The notes beneath the pieces are model-generated. The model was not told where the DNA came from and made no database searches. It saw nothing but the letters and a program-made list of their open reading frames with translations. The position numbers were made by a program, and so were the translations under genes. Shown piece after piece: positions 53,735-64,000 of a stretch of 64,000 nt of DNA. Source of the DNA: Gemmatimonadaceae bacterium (GTDB lineage: Bacteria; Gemmatimonadota; Gemmatimonadetes; Gemmatimonadales; Gemmatimonadaceae). Every line of letters starts with the position of its first letter. Within the stretch, counting starts at the first letter, position 1. Location: NCBI GenBank assembly GCA_033763905.1, contig JANRJP010000035.1, forward strand, positions 1 through 64,000, given 5' to 3'.

Positions 53735-55387
53735 ATGGTCATTCGCCGCTGTCTCGCGCCGTGGCGCCGCCTTGCGCCGCTTGCCGCCGTCGCCTGCACA
53801 CTTTCCGCCGCCGCGCTCCACGCGCAGGTCCGGTACGATCTCCTCATCCGGAACGGCACGGTGCTCGATGGCACCGGAGCCGCAGGGATTCGAGCTGATG
53901 TGGCCGTGCACCGTGGGCGCATCGTGCGCGTGTCGCGCACGTCGATTCCGGTCCGGCAGGCGGCGCGTGTGATCGACGCCAGTCGGCTGGTGGTCGCCCC
54001 GGGGTTCATCGATCTGCACGCGCACATCGAACCGATCGGCGCACTGCCCGACGCGGCCAGTCACGTGCGCCAAGGTGTGACGCTCGCAGTAGGCGGTCCG
54101 GACGGTGGCGGGCTGTCGCCGTTCCCCACGACGCTTGATTCGATCAGCCGCCTGCCGCTGGGGATGAACGTGGCCTACCTCGCGGGCCACAACGTCATTC
54201 GGAGTCGCGTGATGGGGCGGGACAATCGGCCGCCGACCGCTGCCGAACTCGCCCAGATGGAACGGCTGGTGTCGGAGGCGATGGACGCCGGCGCCTTTGG
54301 ACTGTCGACCGGCCTGCTCTACGTCCCCGGCAACTACGCCAGCATCGACGAAGTCATCGCGCTTGCCCGTGTCGCGGCGCAGAAGGGCGGCTTCTACACC
54401 TCGCATCTGCGGAGTGAAGGGAAGGGCTTGCTGGAGGGCGTGGCCGAAGCGCTCGAAATCGGGCGTCGGGCGTCGATTCCGGTGGTGCTGACGCACCACA
54501 AAGCGCTGGGGTCCGCGCAGTGGGGCCAGTCGCGGCGGACGCTCGCGATGGTGGACTCGGCGCGGGCCGCTGGCCGCGATGTGATGCTCGACCAGTATCC
54601 GTACACGGCCACATCGACCGGTTTAGCCGTGCTCCTGCCGCAATGGGCGCTCGCCGGCGGACGCGACGGGCTCGCGGCGCGCGCGGCCGATCCGGTGCTG
54701 CGGGACTCGATCCTGCGCGGCATCATCGACGAGCTGTCGAATGATCGAGGCGGCGGCGACCTGCGGCGCGTGCAGTTCGCGGCCGTCGCGTGGAACCGCG
54801 CGCTCGAGGGGAAGACGCTGGCGGATTTCGCCGCGATGCGCGGGCTTGCGCCCACGCCGTCAGCCGCCGCGCCGCTGGTGCTCGAAGGAGAACTCGCGGG
54901 AGGCGCGTCGATGATCTACCACGTGATGGACGAAGACGACGTGCGCCGAATTCTCGCACACCCGTGGACGGCGGTGGCGTCCGACGGCGGACTCACCGCG
55001 CCGGGACGCGGCGTCCCGCATCCGCGGAGCTACGGGACCTTTCCGCGCGTCCTCGGCGAGTACGTACGCCGGCAACGCGTGCTTCCACTGTCGGAGGCCG
55101 TTCGGAAGATGACGGCGCTCCCTGCGGCTCGACTTGGTCTGACGGATCGCGGCTGTGTCCGCGAAGGCTGTGTCGCGGACCTCACCGTGTTCGACCCGGC
55201 GACGGTCGACGAGCGCGGGACCTTTACCGACCCGCATCAGTATCCGGTCGGCATCCCGTGGGTCATCGTCAATGGGGTCCCGGTCGTCGAGCAGGGCCAG
55301 CTCGGCCCCGCTCGACCGGGCGTCGTGGTGCGGTCTACGGCCAGCCCAACACGCGGTTCACCCACTCCTCGCGGCGCAACCCGCTGA
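53735..55387 (+). CDS. N-acyl-D-amino-acid deacylase family amidohydrolase, secreted
   Basis: APGFIDLHAH, GLSTGL.Y.PG, SHLRSE, DQYPY, ASDG, HPRSYGTFPR. Confidence 0.9.
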   Translation: MVIRRCLAPWRRLAPLAAVACTLSAAALHAQVRYDLLIRNGTVLDGTGAAGIRADVAVHRGRIVRVSRTSIPVRQAARVIDASRLVVAPGFIDLHAHIEPIGALPDAASHVRQGVTLAVGGPDGGGLSPFPTTLDSISRLPLGMNVAYLAGHNVIRSRVMGRDNRPPTAAELAQMERLVSEAMDAGAFGLSTGLLYVPGNYASIDEVIALARVAAQKGGFYTSHLRSEGKGLLEGVAEALEIGRRASIPVVLTHHKALGSAQWGQSRRTLAMVDSARAAGRDVMLDQYPYTATSTGLAVLLPQWALAGGRDGLAARAADPVLRDSILRGIIDELSNDRGGGDLRRVQFAAVAWNRALEGKTLADFAAMRGLAPTPSAAAPLVLEGELAGGASMIYHVMDEDDVRRILAHPWTAVASDGGLTAPGRGVPHPRSYGTFPRVLGEYVRRQRVLPLSEAVRKMTALPAARLGLTDRGCVREGCVADLTVFDPATVDERGTFTDPHQYPVGIPWVIVNGVPVVEQGQLGPARPGVVVRSTASPTRGSPTPRGATR

Positions 55388-56147
55388 GCACCCGGACCTC
55401 GGCTTCCTTCACGAAGTCGCCGAGTTCGGCGCCGAAGACGACCGTCGACAGAAAGAACGCGCGGATGCGGTCGCGAACCGTCGCGGTGTACTCCGGGTCG
55501 CGGCCAATCGCCGTCTGAAACGCGACGTCGAACGCGCGATCGACCTGGCGCAGCCGGACCGAATCCCGCGTGAGGGCGAGCTGTGCGTCCAGCCCGTCCG
55601 CGATCGACGATGGCACTGGCACTGGCGGGCACGCCTTGTCGCCGATCGACGCGTAGTAGCTCGCGTAGTCGGCGGGTTCGAGCTCCCCGCGCTTGAGGTC
55701 GGCGAGGGTGGCGCGCAGGCGGCGGAATCCCGCGGTGTCGTTGCGTTCGCCCGCCGCGACCAGACTGTCGTTCGTCGCGCGCCACCGACGCCACGCGGTC
55801 GAGTCGCCAATCGGCACCTGCTTGTTGGCTTGATCACGGGCACGTGCCGCTTGCCCGGCAAACTGCACACACCGATTGCGCATCTCGCGGAGGGCAACCG
55901 TCGCCTCTGCCAGTTCGCCATGAGCCGGGCTCAGCCGCGTCTGCATCGCGCGCGTGCGCAGCTGCAGCAGGGAATCCCGTCCGGCGGCCGACAGCCCGGT
56001 GGCCGCCCAGGCCAACGAGTCGGCACGAAGCACCGCCGCTACCGCCCGCGACGTGACCACGACCGAATCGTCGTATCGCTGCGCCTGCGCGGCGCGCCCG
56101 CCAACGAGTGCGAGTGCGCCGAGCAGCGCTGTTGCGAGGCGCCTCAC
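55335..56147 (-). CDS. Hypothetical secreted protein
   Basis: GTGA overlap with the tricorn stop; signal VRRLATALLGALALVGGRAAQA. Confidence 0.6.
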   Translation of the reverse strand: MRRLATALLGALALVGGRAAQAQRYDDSVVVTSRAVAAVLRADSLAWAATGLSAAGRDSLLQLRTRAMQTRLSPAHGELAEATVALREMRNRCVQFAGQAARARDQANKQVPIGDSTAWRRWRATNDSLVAAGERNDTAGFRRLRATLADLKRGELEPADYASYYASIGDKACPPVPVPSSIADGLDAQLALTRDSVRLRQVDRAFDVAFQTAIGRDPEYTATVRDRIRAFFLSTVVFGAELGDFVKEAEVRVLSGLRREEWVNRVLGWP

Positions 56148-59100
56148 GGCTGGCGCCTCCCCCACGTCGGACCCGCCGGTTCCTTCTGCCGCCGCACCGG
56201 ATTGGCCTCGAGCAACTTGAGCGCTTCCTGCACCGCGCGCTCCAGCTGCGGGTCGCGTCCAGCGATCACATCCTTCGGCCAGTTCTCGACCTCGATGTCG
56301 GCCGGCACACCCACATTTTCGACGTCCCACTGCCCGTCGCGGTTGAAGAACCCGATGCGCGGCGCCACCAAGCCGCCCCCATCGACGAAGGGCGCCTGGT
56401 CTGACGTCGCCACGAGCCCGCCCCACGTCCGCGTGCCGATCAACGGCCCGATCTTGCGCCGCTTGAACATGAACGGCATCAGGTCCCCACCCGAGCCGGC
56501 CATTTCGTTGATGATCATCACCTTGGGGCCGAAGATGCCGGCCGCCGGGCTCGTGAACGGCCGACGATCGGCCACCGGGTTGTTGAAGTAGCCGTCGAAG
56601 TCGCGGTTCAGCAGTTCGATGATGTAGTCGGCCGCCGACCCGCCGCCGTTGTACCGCTCGTCGACCACGGCGCCCTGCTTGTCCTGCTGTGCGAAGTAGT
56701 AGCGATTGAAGTTCACGTAGCCGCCCTGTCCCGTGTTCGGGAGGTGCAGGTACGCGAGTCGACCGTTCGACAGCGAGTCGACGATGCGCCGATTGCGCTC
56801 GACCCACGCCCGATTGCGGAGGCCACCTTCGTTCGCGACGGGGACCACCGTCACGCGACGCGCGCCATCCAGCGACGGCCGCGTGTTCACGGTCAGCACC
56901 GTCTGTCGGTTCGCGGTGCCGTCGAGCAGTCGGAACACGTTGTCGCTTGCGGTCAGCGGCACGTCGTTCACCGCCAACAAATACTCACCGGCCTTCACCT
57001 CGACCCCGGGGACGGCGAGCGGCGAGCGCACGTCGGGGTTCCAGTTCTCCCCGTCATACACCGTCGCAAAGCGGTACCGGCCGTTGTCGATCGTGAAGTC
57101 GGCGCCCAACAAGCCTCCCGCGCTCGGGGGCAGTTCGGGCAGATCGCCACCGTTCACATAGGAGTGACCGATCGCGAGTTCGCCGCCCATCCAGTCAAGC
57201 AGATAGTTGAGATCCGCCCGGTGCTTCACGTGCGGGAGGAACTGCTTGTAGTCGGCGACGACCTTCGTCCAATTGGTGCCGTGCAGGTTCGGCACGTAGA
57301 AGTAATCGCGCACCTTGCGGCGCGCCTCGTCGAAGATCTGCGCGAACTCGGCGGCCGGTTCGAGCCACATCCGCAATTGCGCGGCAAGTCGCCCAGTGCC
57401 GGCAACCGGAGCGGTGCTGGCCGCGGCATCGATCACGAACAAACCGCCGCTCGCCCCCGCGGTGCGATACAGCAGCTTCTTTCCATCGGCGCTGAGCGCG
57501 TAATTGACCGCACCCGTCGCAATGGTCATCGGGCGACCCTTGAGCGACACGCGGTGAATCGGACCACCCGCCGCCCCGTCGGTCGGGCCGACTGCCGGCA
57601 CGGACTCCCACACGAAGACCGTCCCCGCGACACCGGCCTTGAGCAAGCCGTACTCGCGAGCGGCCACACCGGGCACGGCGAGAATGCGCTGCGACAACCC
57701 GGCGACGTCGATCGTGACTGTCGGCGTCGGACTCGCCGGACGCGCCGCAGGCGCCGCAGGTGCTGCTGCGGTTGCCGCAGCAGCGGGCGCAGCGGCAGGC
57801 GCGGCGCCTTCTTCATCGGACTCCGGCGCGAATGGGCTCGGCTCGCCGGCCTTGAGAATCGCGACGTACAGCGCGCTCTGCTTGGGCCGCTCGTACGACG
57901 TCATATCGAGCCAGCCGGAGCGCAACCCGAAGTTGGTGCTCCCGAGGAACCACAGATACTTGCCGCTGGCATCGAACACCGGCCACGTCGCGTCGGCCAT
58001 TTCGTCGGTGATCGGCAGCGTCGCACCGGTCTCGACGTTCGCGACGTAGATGCGATGGTACAGCGCGTTAGTGCGCTTGGCGTACGCCACCCAACGCGAA
58101 TCCGGGCTCCACGACGGATTGAGCGTCCGCTCGGGCACCATCCACGGATCGGTGTCGAGGACCTTGGCCTTCCCGGTCGGGATGTCGAGCACCCAGAGCC
58201 GAAGATGCACGTCGTGCCAGACCAGCTTCTTCGAATCGGGCGAGAACGCGGGCGTGTACGGGAACGTCGGCTCCGGAATGGCAATCATCTTCGGCTCGCC
58301 GAGCCCGTCCTGCGGTGCGAGCACCACCTGATACTCGCCACCCTTGTCGCTGAAGTACGCGATTGTCTTGCCATCGGGCGACCACACCGGCGCACGCTCG
58401 GCCGTGCCGCTCGAGCGCGTGATGTTGCGCCAGTCGCCCTTGTCGGTGGGAATCGTGAAGATCTCGCCGCGAGCCTCAACCATGGCCCGCTTGCCGCTCG
58501 GCGACAGCGCCAGCGCTGAAATCCGCGAGGTGACGTCCTTCCACTGGGGCGCCATCCACGGGAAATCGCCAGCCGCCGTGATCGACACCGCCGCCGTACG
58601 ATTCGCGGCGGGGTCGTGCGTGTGCACACGACCGGCCTGTTCGAAGACGAGCACGCCGGCGCCCGACTCGAGCGTCTTCACGTCGAAATCGCGGAACCGC
58701 GTCACCGCCGTCACCTGCTTCGTCGCCGCGGTGTACTTGTACACGTTCTGCACGCCGTCGCGATCGGAGATGAAGTACACATCGGACCCGATCCACACCG
58801 GGTCCAGTTCCTTCGAGTTGATCGGACGCGGGATCGTATCGACGGCGTTGGACGCGAGGTCGAGAATCCAGATCGGCTTGTTCTGCCCACCGCGATAGTT
58901 CCGCCGCTCATCGTCCCACGAGCTCGCCATCCGGTACGCGACCTTGCGGCCGTCCGGACTGATGTGGCCCTGGAACGCGCGAGGCATTTGCATGGCGGTT
59001 TCCGCGCCGCCTCCCACCGGAATCGTCCAGAACCGAAGCACGCCCGTCGGCGCCCACGACGCACGGCCGCTCGCGAACACCACCTGCTTGCCGTCCGGTG

Positions 59101-59440
59101 TCCAGCCGGTGACAAAATCGGCGCCCGGATGCCAGGTCAGTCGCTTGGGTTCGCCACCAGTCACCGGAACGACGTACACGTCCGCATTGCCTGCGTACGT
59201 GCCGGTGAACGCGACCATTGACCCATCGGGCGACAGCTTCGCATCGCTCGACTGGCCCTGAAAGCTGGTGAGCCGCCTCGCCGCGCCGCCGGCACGATCG
59301 GCGATCCAGATATTGCTCGCGTATTCGAACGCAATGTGTCGAGCGCTCACGGACGGCTGCCGAAGCAGCAGCGTCTCTTGCGCGACGACCGGGAACGCGC
59401 CGGCGCTCAGGGCCAGCAGGACGGACGACAGACGACGCAT
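56144..59440 (-). CDS. Tricorn protease homolog (S41 with beta-propellers and PDZ)
   Basis: Repeated SPDG propeller motifs, GELAIGHSY, DERYNGGG, catalytic AGSGGD, GTRTWGG, ENVGV.ADI, DPQLERA. Confidence 0.93.
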   Translation of the reverse strand: MRRLSSVLLALSAGAFPVVAQETLLLRQPSVSARHIAFEYASNIWIADRAGGAARRLTSFQGQSSDAKLSPDGSMVAFTGTYAGNADVYVVPVTGGEPKRLTWHPGADFVTGWTPDGKQVVFASGRASWAPTGVLRFWTIPVGGGAETAMQMPRAFQGHISPDGRKVAYRMASSWDDERRNYRGGQNKPIWILDLASNAVDTIPRPINSKELDPVWIGSDVYFISDRDGVQNVYKYTAATKQVTAVTRFRDFDVKTLESGAGVLVFEQAGRVHTHDPAANRTAAVSITAAGDFPWMAPQWKDVTSRISALALSPSGKRAMVEARGEIFTIPTDKGDWRNITRSSGTAERAPVWSPDGKTIAYFSDKGGEYQVVLAPQDGLGEPKMIAIPEPTFPYTPAFSPDSKKLVWHDVHLRLWVLDIPTGKAKVLDTDPWMVPERTLNPSWSPDSRWVAYAKRTNALYHRIYVANVETGATLPITDEMADATWPVFDASGKYLWFLGSTNFGLRSGWLDMTSYERPKQSALYVAILKAGEPSPFAPESDEEGAAPAAAPAAAATAAAPAAPAARPASPTPTVTIDVAGLSQRILAVPGVAAREYGLLKAGVAGTVFVWESVPAVGPTDGAAGGPIHRVSLKGRPMTIATGAVNYALSADGKKLLYRTAGASGGLFVIDAAASTAPVAGTGRLAAQLRMWLEPAAEFAQIFDEARRKVRDYFYVPNLHGTNWTKVVADYKQFLPHVKHRADLNYLLDWMGGELAIGHSYVNGGDLPELPPSAGGLLGADFTIDNGRYRFATVYDGENWNPDVRSPLAVPGVEVKAGEYLLAVNDVPLTASDNVFRLLDGTANRQTVLTVNTRPSLDGARRVTVVPVANEGGLRNRAWVERNRRIVDSLSNGRLAYLHLPNTGQGGYVNFNRYYFAQQDKQGAVVDERYNGGGSAADYIIELLNRDFDGYFNNPVADRRPFTSPAAGIFGPKVMIINEMAGSGGDLMPFMFKRRKIGPLIGTRTWGGLVATSDQAPFVDGGGLVAPRIGFFNRDGQWDVENVGVPADIEVENWPKDVIAGRDPQLERAVQEALKLLEANPVRRQKEPAGPTWGRRQP

Positions 59441-59480
59441 CGGGAGGGAGAGGTGGAGGGAAGTGCTGCGAGGCACGGCG

Positions 59481-61364
59481 TCACCAGGCAATGCCGTAGT
59501 CCTCGCCAAAGTTACTGGCCGCACCCCAGAAGGTCCGGTGGCGGGGGTCAAGCCAGATCGCGGTAATGGGTCCCGACGTCCGCCGAGCAAACTCCAGCGT
59601 GTAGCCGCGGGTGCGCAGATCGGCCCGCACCCAGTCGGGAATCGATTCGTTCAGCTGCAGGCGACCCGGTCGGGCTTCGTGTGCGCCGAAGCTCGACCGC
59701 ATCTGGTACGAGTGAAATCCCGGGTGCTCGGCGGCCTGCTGCACGGTGAAGCCGAACTCGACCATCGCGAGGAAGAACTGCAACAGGTCCTGATCCTGCG
59801 TGTCGCCGCCCTGCACCGAGAAGGCCATCCACGGCGCACCGTCCTTCACCGCCAACGTCGGCGTCAGGGTGACTCTGGGACGCTTGCCCGGCTCCACGAC
59901 GTTGAACGGGCCATCCTCCGGGTCGGTCACGAACGACTGCATCCGCTGCGACAGGCCGATGCCGGTGCGCCCGGCGATCACGGCGGGCGTCCAGCCGCCG
60001 CTCGGTGTCACCGAGATCACCCAGCCCGACGTGTCGGCGGCCTGAATGCTGGTGGTGCCACGCGTGAAGGCCTGCTTGAAGGCGTCGTCCACGGCCGCGA
60101 ATTCTTCGGCGTCACCGTTCGGCGGACCGCTCGGCGCACTCGGCGCCGCCGGTCCCGTGGTCGACCACCGCGCGAGGTACGCGGCGAAGGGATTGGTCTG
60201 TCCCATCAGCGGATACGGATCGCCCGGCTTGACCGCCGGATCATTCCGCGTCCGGCTCATCTGGGCGAAGCGCGCCTTTGCGTACTCCTTGCTCAGCAGG
60301 CCAGCCATCGGCTCTTCCGGCGGGAAGGCCGGGTCGCCGTAGTAGAAGTCGCGGTCGGCAAAGGCGAGGTTCATCGCCTGGTAGATCGTGTGAATGTACT
60401 GCGCGCTGTTGTAACCCATCCCCTTGAGGTCGGCCTGCTCGAGGATGTTCAGCGCCTGCAGCATCGCCGGCCCCTGCTGCCACTGCTGCAGCTTGTAGAC
60501 GTCGATGCCGCGATACGTCGTCTTGAACGGTTCTTCGATCTTCACCTGCCAGTTCGCGAGGTCGTCCTTGGTGAACAGGCCGCCGTCTTCGCGGATCCCG
60601 CGCACGATTTCGTCGGCGATATCGCCCTTGTAGAAGCGATCGTACGCCGCGAGGATCGCCTCCTTGCGCGACTTGCCGCGCTTTCTCGCGGCGGCCTCGG
60701 CATCGACCAGCTTGCGGAACGTCGCGGCCAAATCCGGCTGGCGGAAAATCTCGCCCGCGACGGGCGCCTCCCGCGCCTCACCGGGGTGGGTCAGAAACAC
60801 GGCGGGGGAGTACTTCCACTGCTTGATCCACCGCTTCTGGTTCTCCATTGCGTTGGCGGCTTGTGCCTCGATCGCGTACCCGCGTTCGGCCATCTCGATC
60901 GCGGGGGTCAGCACCTGCGCCAGCGACATCGTACCGTACTCGGCCAGCATCACCATCAGACCGCCCGGTGTGCCGGGTGTGATCGCGGCGAGCGGCCCGT
61001 ACTCCGGCGGGTTGCGCAGGCCTTTCGCCTTGAAGAACGCGGCGGTCGCCCCCGTCGGCGCGACGCCGAGCGCGTTGAGGCCGATCACCTTCTTGAGCTT
61101 CGGGTGCCAGATCAGTGCCTGCGTCTCACCGCCGCAGCCCAGGGTGTCCCACATCGTACAGGTGGCGGCCAGCATCGCGGCGGCCGCGTCAATCGCGTTG
61201 CCACCTTGCTGAAACATCATCGCCCCTGCCGTGGCGGCGATCGGCTTGCCGGTCACGGCCACCCAGTGGCGCCCGTGGAGCGGGGGACGTTCGGTCTGGG
61301 CAAGCGGCGCGGACAGGGGCGCCAGCGCGGCGCCAAGCATCAGGAGTCGAAATGACAGGCGCAT
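59481..61364 (-). CDS. ggt: Gamma-glutamyltransferase family protein
   Basis: GGNAIDAA, FYKGDIA, AFADRD.YYGDP, nucleophile GTTSI, PGKRPR.TLTP, QGGDTQ.Q. Confidence 0.9.
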   Translation of the reverse strand: MRLSFRLLMLGAALAPLSAPLAQTERPPLHGRHWVAVTGKPIAATAGAMMFQQGGNAIDAAAAMLAATCTMWDTLGCGGETQALIWHPKLKKVIGLNALGVAPTGATAAFFKAKGLRNPPEYGPLAAITPGTPGGLMVMLAEYGTMSLAQVLTPAIEMAERGYAIEAQAANAMENQKRWIKQWKYSPAVFLTHPGEAREAPVAGEIFRQPDLAATFRKLVDAEAAARKRGKSRKEAILAAYDRFYKGDIADEIVRGIREDGGLFTKDDLANWQVKIEEPFKTTYRGIDVYKLQQWQQGPAMLQALNILEQADLKGMGYNSAQYIHTIYQAMNLAFADRDFYYGDPAFPPEEPMAGLLSKEYAKARFAQMSRTRNDPAVKPGDPYPLMGQTNPFAAYLARWSTTGPAAPSAPSGPPNGDAEEFAAVDDAFKQAFTRGTTSIQAADTSGWVISVTPSGGWTPAVIAGRTGIGLSQRMQSFVTDPEDGPFNVVEPGKRPRVTLTPTLAVKDGAPWMAFSVQGGDTQDQDLLQFFLAMVEFGFTVQQAAEHPGFHSYQMRSSFGAHEARPGRLQLNESIPDWVRADLRTRGYTLEFARRTSGPITAIWLDPRHRTFWGAASNFGEDYGIAW

Positions 61365-61441
61365 AGTCGGCAGGGCAAAATGAGCAGCGGGCGGAGCACC
61401 GTGGAGTTTGCCCCGCCCGCTGCAGTGTCGCAATCGTCAGG

Positions 61442-62860
61442 TTACCGCGGAAACGCCACCAAACTCTCGTGCCCCTCGCGGTCCACGGCAGCAACGCCGA
61501 AGAAGTAGTTGTCGATGATCACGTTCTCGAGCGTCACCTGGGTGACGTTGCCCACCCACCGCGACCGCGTCCATTGCGCCTCGGTCGGCTTGCGCCAGTA
61601 CACACGGTAGCCGGCGACGTCCGAGGTGGCGACCGCTTTCCAGCGGAGCGTCGTCGATGGCTGTACCGCGCCGCGAATCGTCACCGAATCCGGGGCGGGA
61701 GGCGCCCACGCCAGTGACAACAGCGTCGCCGCGTCGAGCCCCGTGACTTTGGCGGCATACCCGAAGTCCACGCCCTCGATCACATCGCCGTACTTCACGC
61801 CATTCTCGGTGCGCAGGTCCTGATGCTGGCGCGTGTAGTCCTCGTGCGTCTCCATCAGCCGCACCGCCGGGTAGCCTTCGTTGAAGAACGGCGTGTGGTG
61901 GCCCCCGCGGCCGTAGCGGTCGAGGCGGTAGATGATTTCGACCGACAGGTTGGCGCAGTACTGGTCGGCGACCTTGGCGATGTAGCGGGCAAGCTGCCGC
62001 GACGGCGTGTCGAGTTCGCCACCGGTGGTGAGGACGCGGCGGAGTTCTTGCGCCGACGTGGTCGCCGGGAGCCCCGGCGCAAAGACGCGCGCCGTGTTGT
62101 TCGCGTGGACGCCCGTGATGCCGCTCGAGTTCCCCACCATATCGTTGTTGATCACGGCATCGAGCTTCCACCCTTCCTGCTTCGCGACCTTGGCGACGAT
62201 CTCGCCGCCGAACAGGCCTTGCTCTTCGCCGGCGATGGCCGCGTAGACGATCGACGCGTCGGGCTTGTACTTCGTGAGCACGCGGGCCGATTCGAGAATG
62301 GCCGCAATGCCGCTGGCGTTGTCGTTGGCTCCCGGAGAGTCGGCGGTGGCGTTCATCACGTCGGTGACGCGCGAGTCGATGTCGCCACTGAGCAGTACGT
62401 AGCGACCCGGTTCGATCGCGCCGCGCTGGATCGCGATCACGTTGACGACATTCACATCGTCCTTGATGCGAGTGGCCGGATTGCCCTTGACCACATCGCT
62501 GATGTAGCGCACCTCAAGGCATCCGCCGCACGCCGCGGAGATCTTCTGGAACTCGGCGAAGATCCACCGGCGCGCGGCACCGATGCCGCGCGTGGGCGAG
62601 ACCGTGTCGGACATCGTGTGGCGCGTGCCGAAGCCGACCAGCGTCCGGATGTCCTGCTCGATCCGCGTCGGCGAGATCGCGTTCACGACCGCGTAGAGCC
62701 GCAGGTCTTCGAACGAGGGAATGGCGGTGGGCGCGGTCCCGACGGCGGGCGCAGGGCCGGCGGGACTCGGCGGCGCTGGGCGGGTGGACGCCGGGCGCTG
62801 CGCCCCAAGCGGGGATAACGCAACACCGAGCGCCAACACGAACGTCAAACGAATGAACAC
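61442..62860 (-). CDS. M28-family metallopeptidase, secreted
   Basis: GFGTRHT.S, GDIDSR, PGANDNASG, GEEQGL, NNDMVG, RGGHH.PF. Confidence 0.85.
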   Translation of the reverse strand: MFIRLTFVLALGVALSPLGAQRPASTRPAPPSPAGPAPAVGTAPTAIPSFEDLRLYAVVNAISPTRIEQDIRTLVGFGTRHTMSDTVSPTRGIGAARRWIFAEFQKISAACGGCLEVRYISDVVKGNPATRIKDDVNVVNVIAIQRGAIEPGRYVLLSGDIDSRVTDVMNATADSPGANDNASGIAAILESARVLTKYKPDASIVYAAIAGEEQGLFGGEIVAKVAKQEGWKLDAVINNDMVGNSSGITGVHANNTARVFAPGLPATTSAQELRRVLTTGGELDTPSRQLARYIAKVADQYCANLSVEIIYRLDRYGRGGHHTPFFNEGYPAVRLMETHEDYTRQHQDLRTENGVKYGDVIEGVDFGYAAKVTGLDAATLLSLAWAPPAPDSVTIRGAVQPSTTLRWKAVATSDVAGYRVYWRKPTEAQWTRSRWVGNVTQVTLENVIIDNYFFGVAAVDREGHESLVAFPR

Positions 62861-62949
62861 GAGGCGGGGGGAGTGAGAGAGAGACTGGCCGCAACCAGCG
62901 CTCTAACGCACGCGCCCCGCCCCGTGTTGCCGTATCGCGCGGGCTTCGG

Positions 62950-63516
62950 TCAGTCGTCGAGCGGGCGTTGCGGCGGCCCTTCACGCCACATCCCGTCTCG
63001 CATACCCCCGCGGCCGGGGTTGCGCATCGGGCCGCGACCCGCGCCCCGAGCGCCGCTCCCCGCGCGAATGCCGCGGCCACGACGCTCCTGCTCTAGCGCG
63101 ACCAGCTTGGTCTTTTGTTCCGCCGAGAGCACGGCCCGCGCCTCCTGCCGTGCCTTGAGCCGCGCGAGCATCATCTCGAGCCGCAGGTTCTGCATCCGCT
63201 CCATCGCCCGCCGCGCGGCCGAAAGATCGCCGTCCCCCCGCGTCGCGTCGATCAGGTCGGCGCGAGCGCGCAGGGCAGCGGCCGTGGGTGGAACGAGGGT
63301 TGTCGCCTGCGACGCCGCCAGCGCTTCGAGACGGGTGACCTGCTCCGCGCTCAACCCAAGCGCCGTGCGCCCGCGAAGGAGCATCGCGGCGGGCGTGCGA
63401 CCAGCGACACGTGGCCCAGCGTCAGCCGACGGCGCACGCATCGGGCCCCCGTCCCGCTGGGCGAGGACGGGAGTCGCGATCAGGAGCGACGCAACAAGGA
63501 AAGGAAAGGCACGCAT
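62950..63516 (-). CDS. Spy/CpxP-like periplasmic helical chaperone
   Basis: Signal peptide, LGLSAEQ and VLSAEQK (LTxxQ-like) motifs, Gly/Arg/Met-rich tails, GGAG RBS. Confidence 0.7.
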   Translation of the reverse strand: MRAFPFLVASLLIATPVLAQRDGGPMRAPSADAGPRVAGRTPAAMLLRGRTALGLSAEQVTRLEALAASQATTLVPPTAAALRARADLIDATRGDGDLSAARRAMERMQNLRLEMMLARLKARQEARAVLSAEQKTKLVALEQERRGRGIRAGSGARGAGRGPMRNPGRGGMRDGMWREGPPQRPLDD

Positions 63517-63572
63517 AAAGGCACTCCAGTGCAGGGATAACCGCAACGATCGAACCGCTCTGTGCTGTGATG

Positions 63573-63597
63573 GACGTCTCGACGCGGCGGACGTTAA
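63573..63597 (-). promoter_or_regulatory. ECF-sigma-like promoter upstream of the Spy/CpxP-like gene
   Basis: Minus strand TTAAC-N16-CGTC. Confidence 0.35.
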
Positions 63598-63763
63598 GTC
63601 AGCAGCGACGGCAGCGACGGCGGCGACCGCGCCAGCGCTGGTCGGCGTGACCGGCAGCCGCGACGGGCCCTCCCGCGCCATTTCGTGACGCAGGTCTCTG
63701 GCGCGCCAGTGCGCGGGCAACGACCTTTGGCTTCGTCGTGCCACTTACCCGACCGACGACGCT

Positions 63764-64000
63764 TTGATCGACCCCGCCCGCACCCCGGCGCCACCGCCGG
63801 ATCGTGCCGTTCGCCATTCGCTGCCGCGCCGGCGTCCCTCGTCGGTGCTGGCGGTGCTCCTTGGCGCTTTGACGCTCGTGCTCGCCGCCTGCCGCGACGA
63901 CGTCTCGGGCCCGGGCGGCATTCGCCGTGCGTTCCTGAACGTGCTGCCCGTCTTTCAGCCGACGGCCTCGCTCCAAGGGACCGGCCGCAACGTCGACACG
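63764..64000 (+). CDS. Partial CDS (5' end): lipoprotein running off the window
   Basis: Open frame RRRPSSVLAVLLGALTLVLAAC-RDDVSGPGG continuing to the edge. TTG start is uncertain. Confidence 0.6.
   Translation, partial: MIDPARTPAPPPDRAVRHSLPRRRPSSVLAVLLGALTLVLAACRDDVSGPGGIRRAFLNVLPVFQPTASLQGTGRNVDT

Noticed and set aside
63602..63628. 9-bp tandem repeat GCAGCGACG x3 (imperfect)
   Set aside because: Too short and GC-rich to distinguish from chance. It has no spacers, so it is not CRISPR-like.

Overview
High-GC, gene-dense chromosomal window of about 58 CDS. I found no rRNA, tRNA, CRISPR array, transposase or phage gene. The gene content (futalosine menaquinone pathway, many secreted peptidases and lipoproteins, orphan LPOR) suggests a Gemmatimonadota-like bacterium; this is inference only. 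Main blocks, left to right: sahR-like regulator plus ahcY; a DUF1190-like lipoprotein / GspS-like ATP-grasp locus; a group 1 membrane-bound [NiFe] uptake hydrogenase operon (small, large, cyt b, protease, hypA, hypB) whose HypA lacks the Zn finger; a possible phosphate-scavenging module (Pho-box-like repeats, choice-of-anchor-I protein, CtpH-like MCP); mqnB-mqnD; DDAH plus APC permease; a stand-alone BLUF photoreceptor divergent from a cheA-cheW-mcp-cheY-cheB-cheR operon whose soluble MCP has an Aer2-type heme PAS domain; a NarL-type regulator and desaturase; light-dependent protochlorophyllide oxidoreductase; thiC with a TPP riboswitch; and a run of secreted hydrolases. The best candidate for an undescribed system is the BLUF / PAS-MCP / Che locus, which may integrate light and O2 in taxis in an organism that also encodes LPOR and an uptake hydrogenase. 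All family calls come from motif recognition by eye. Many start codons were moved inward from the ORF track.
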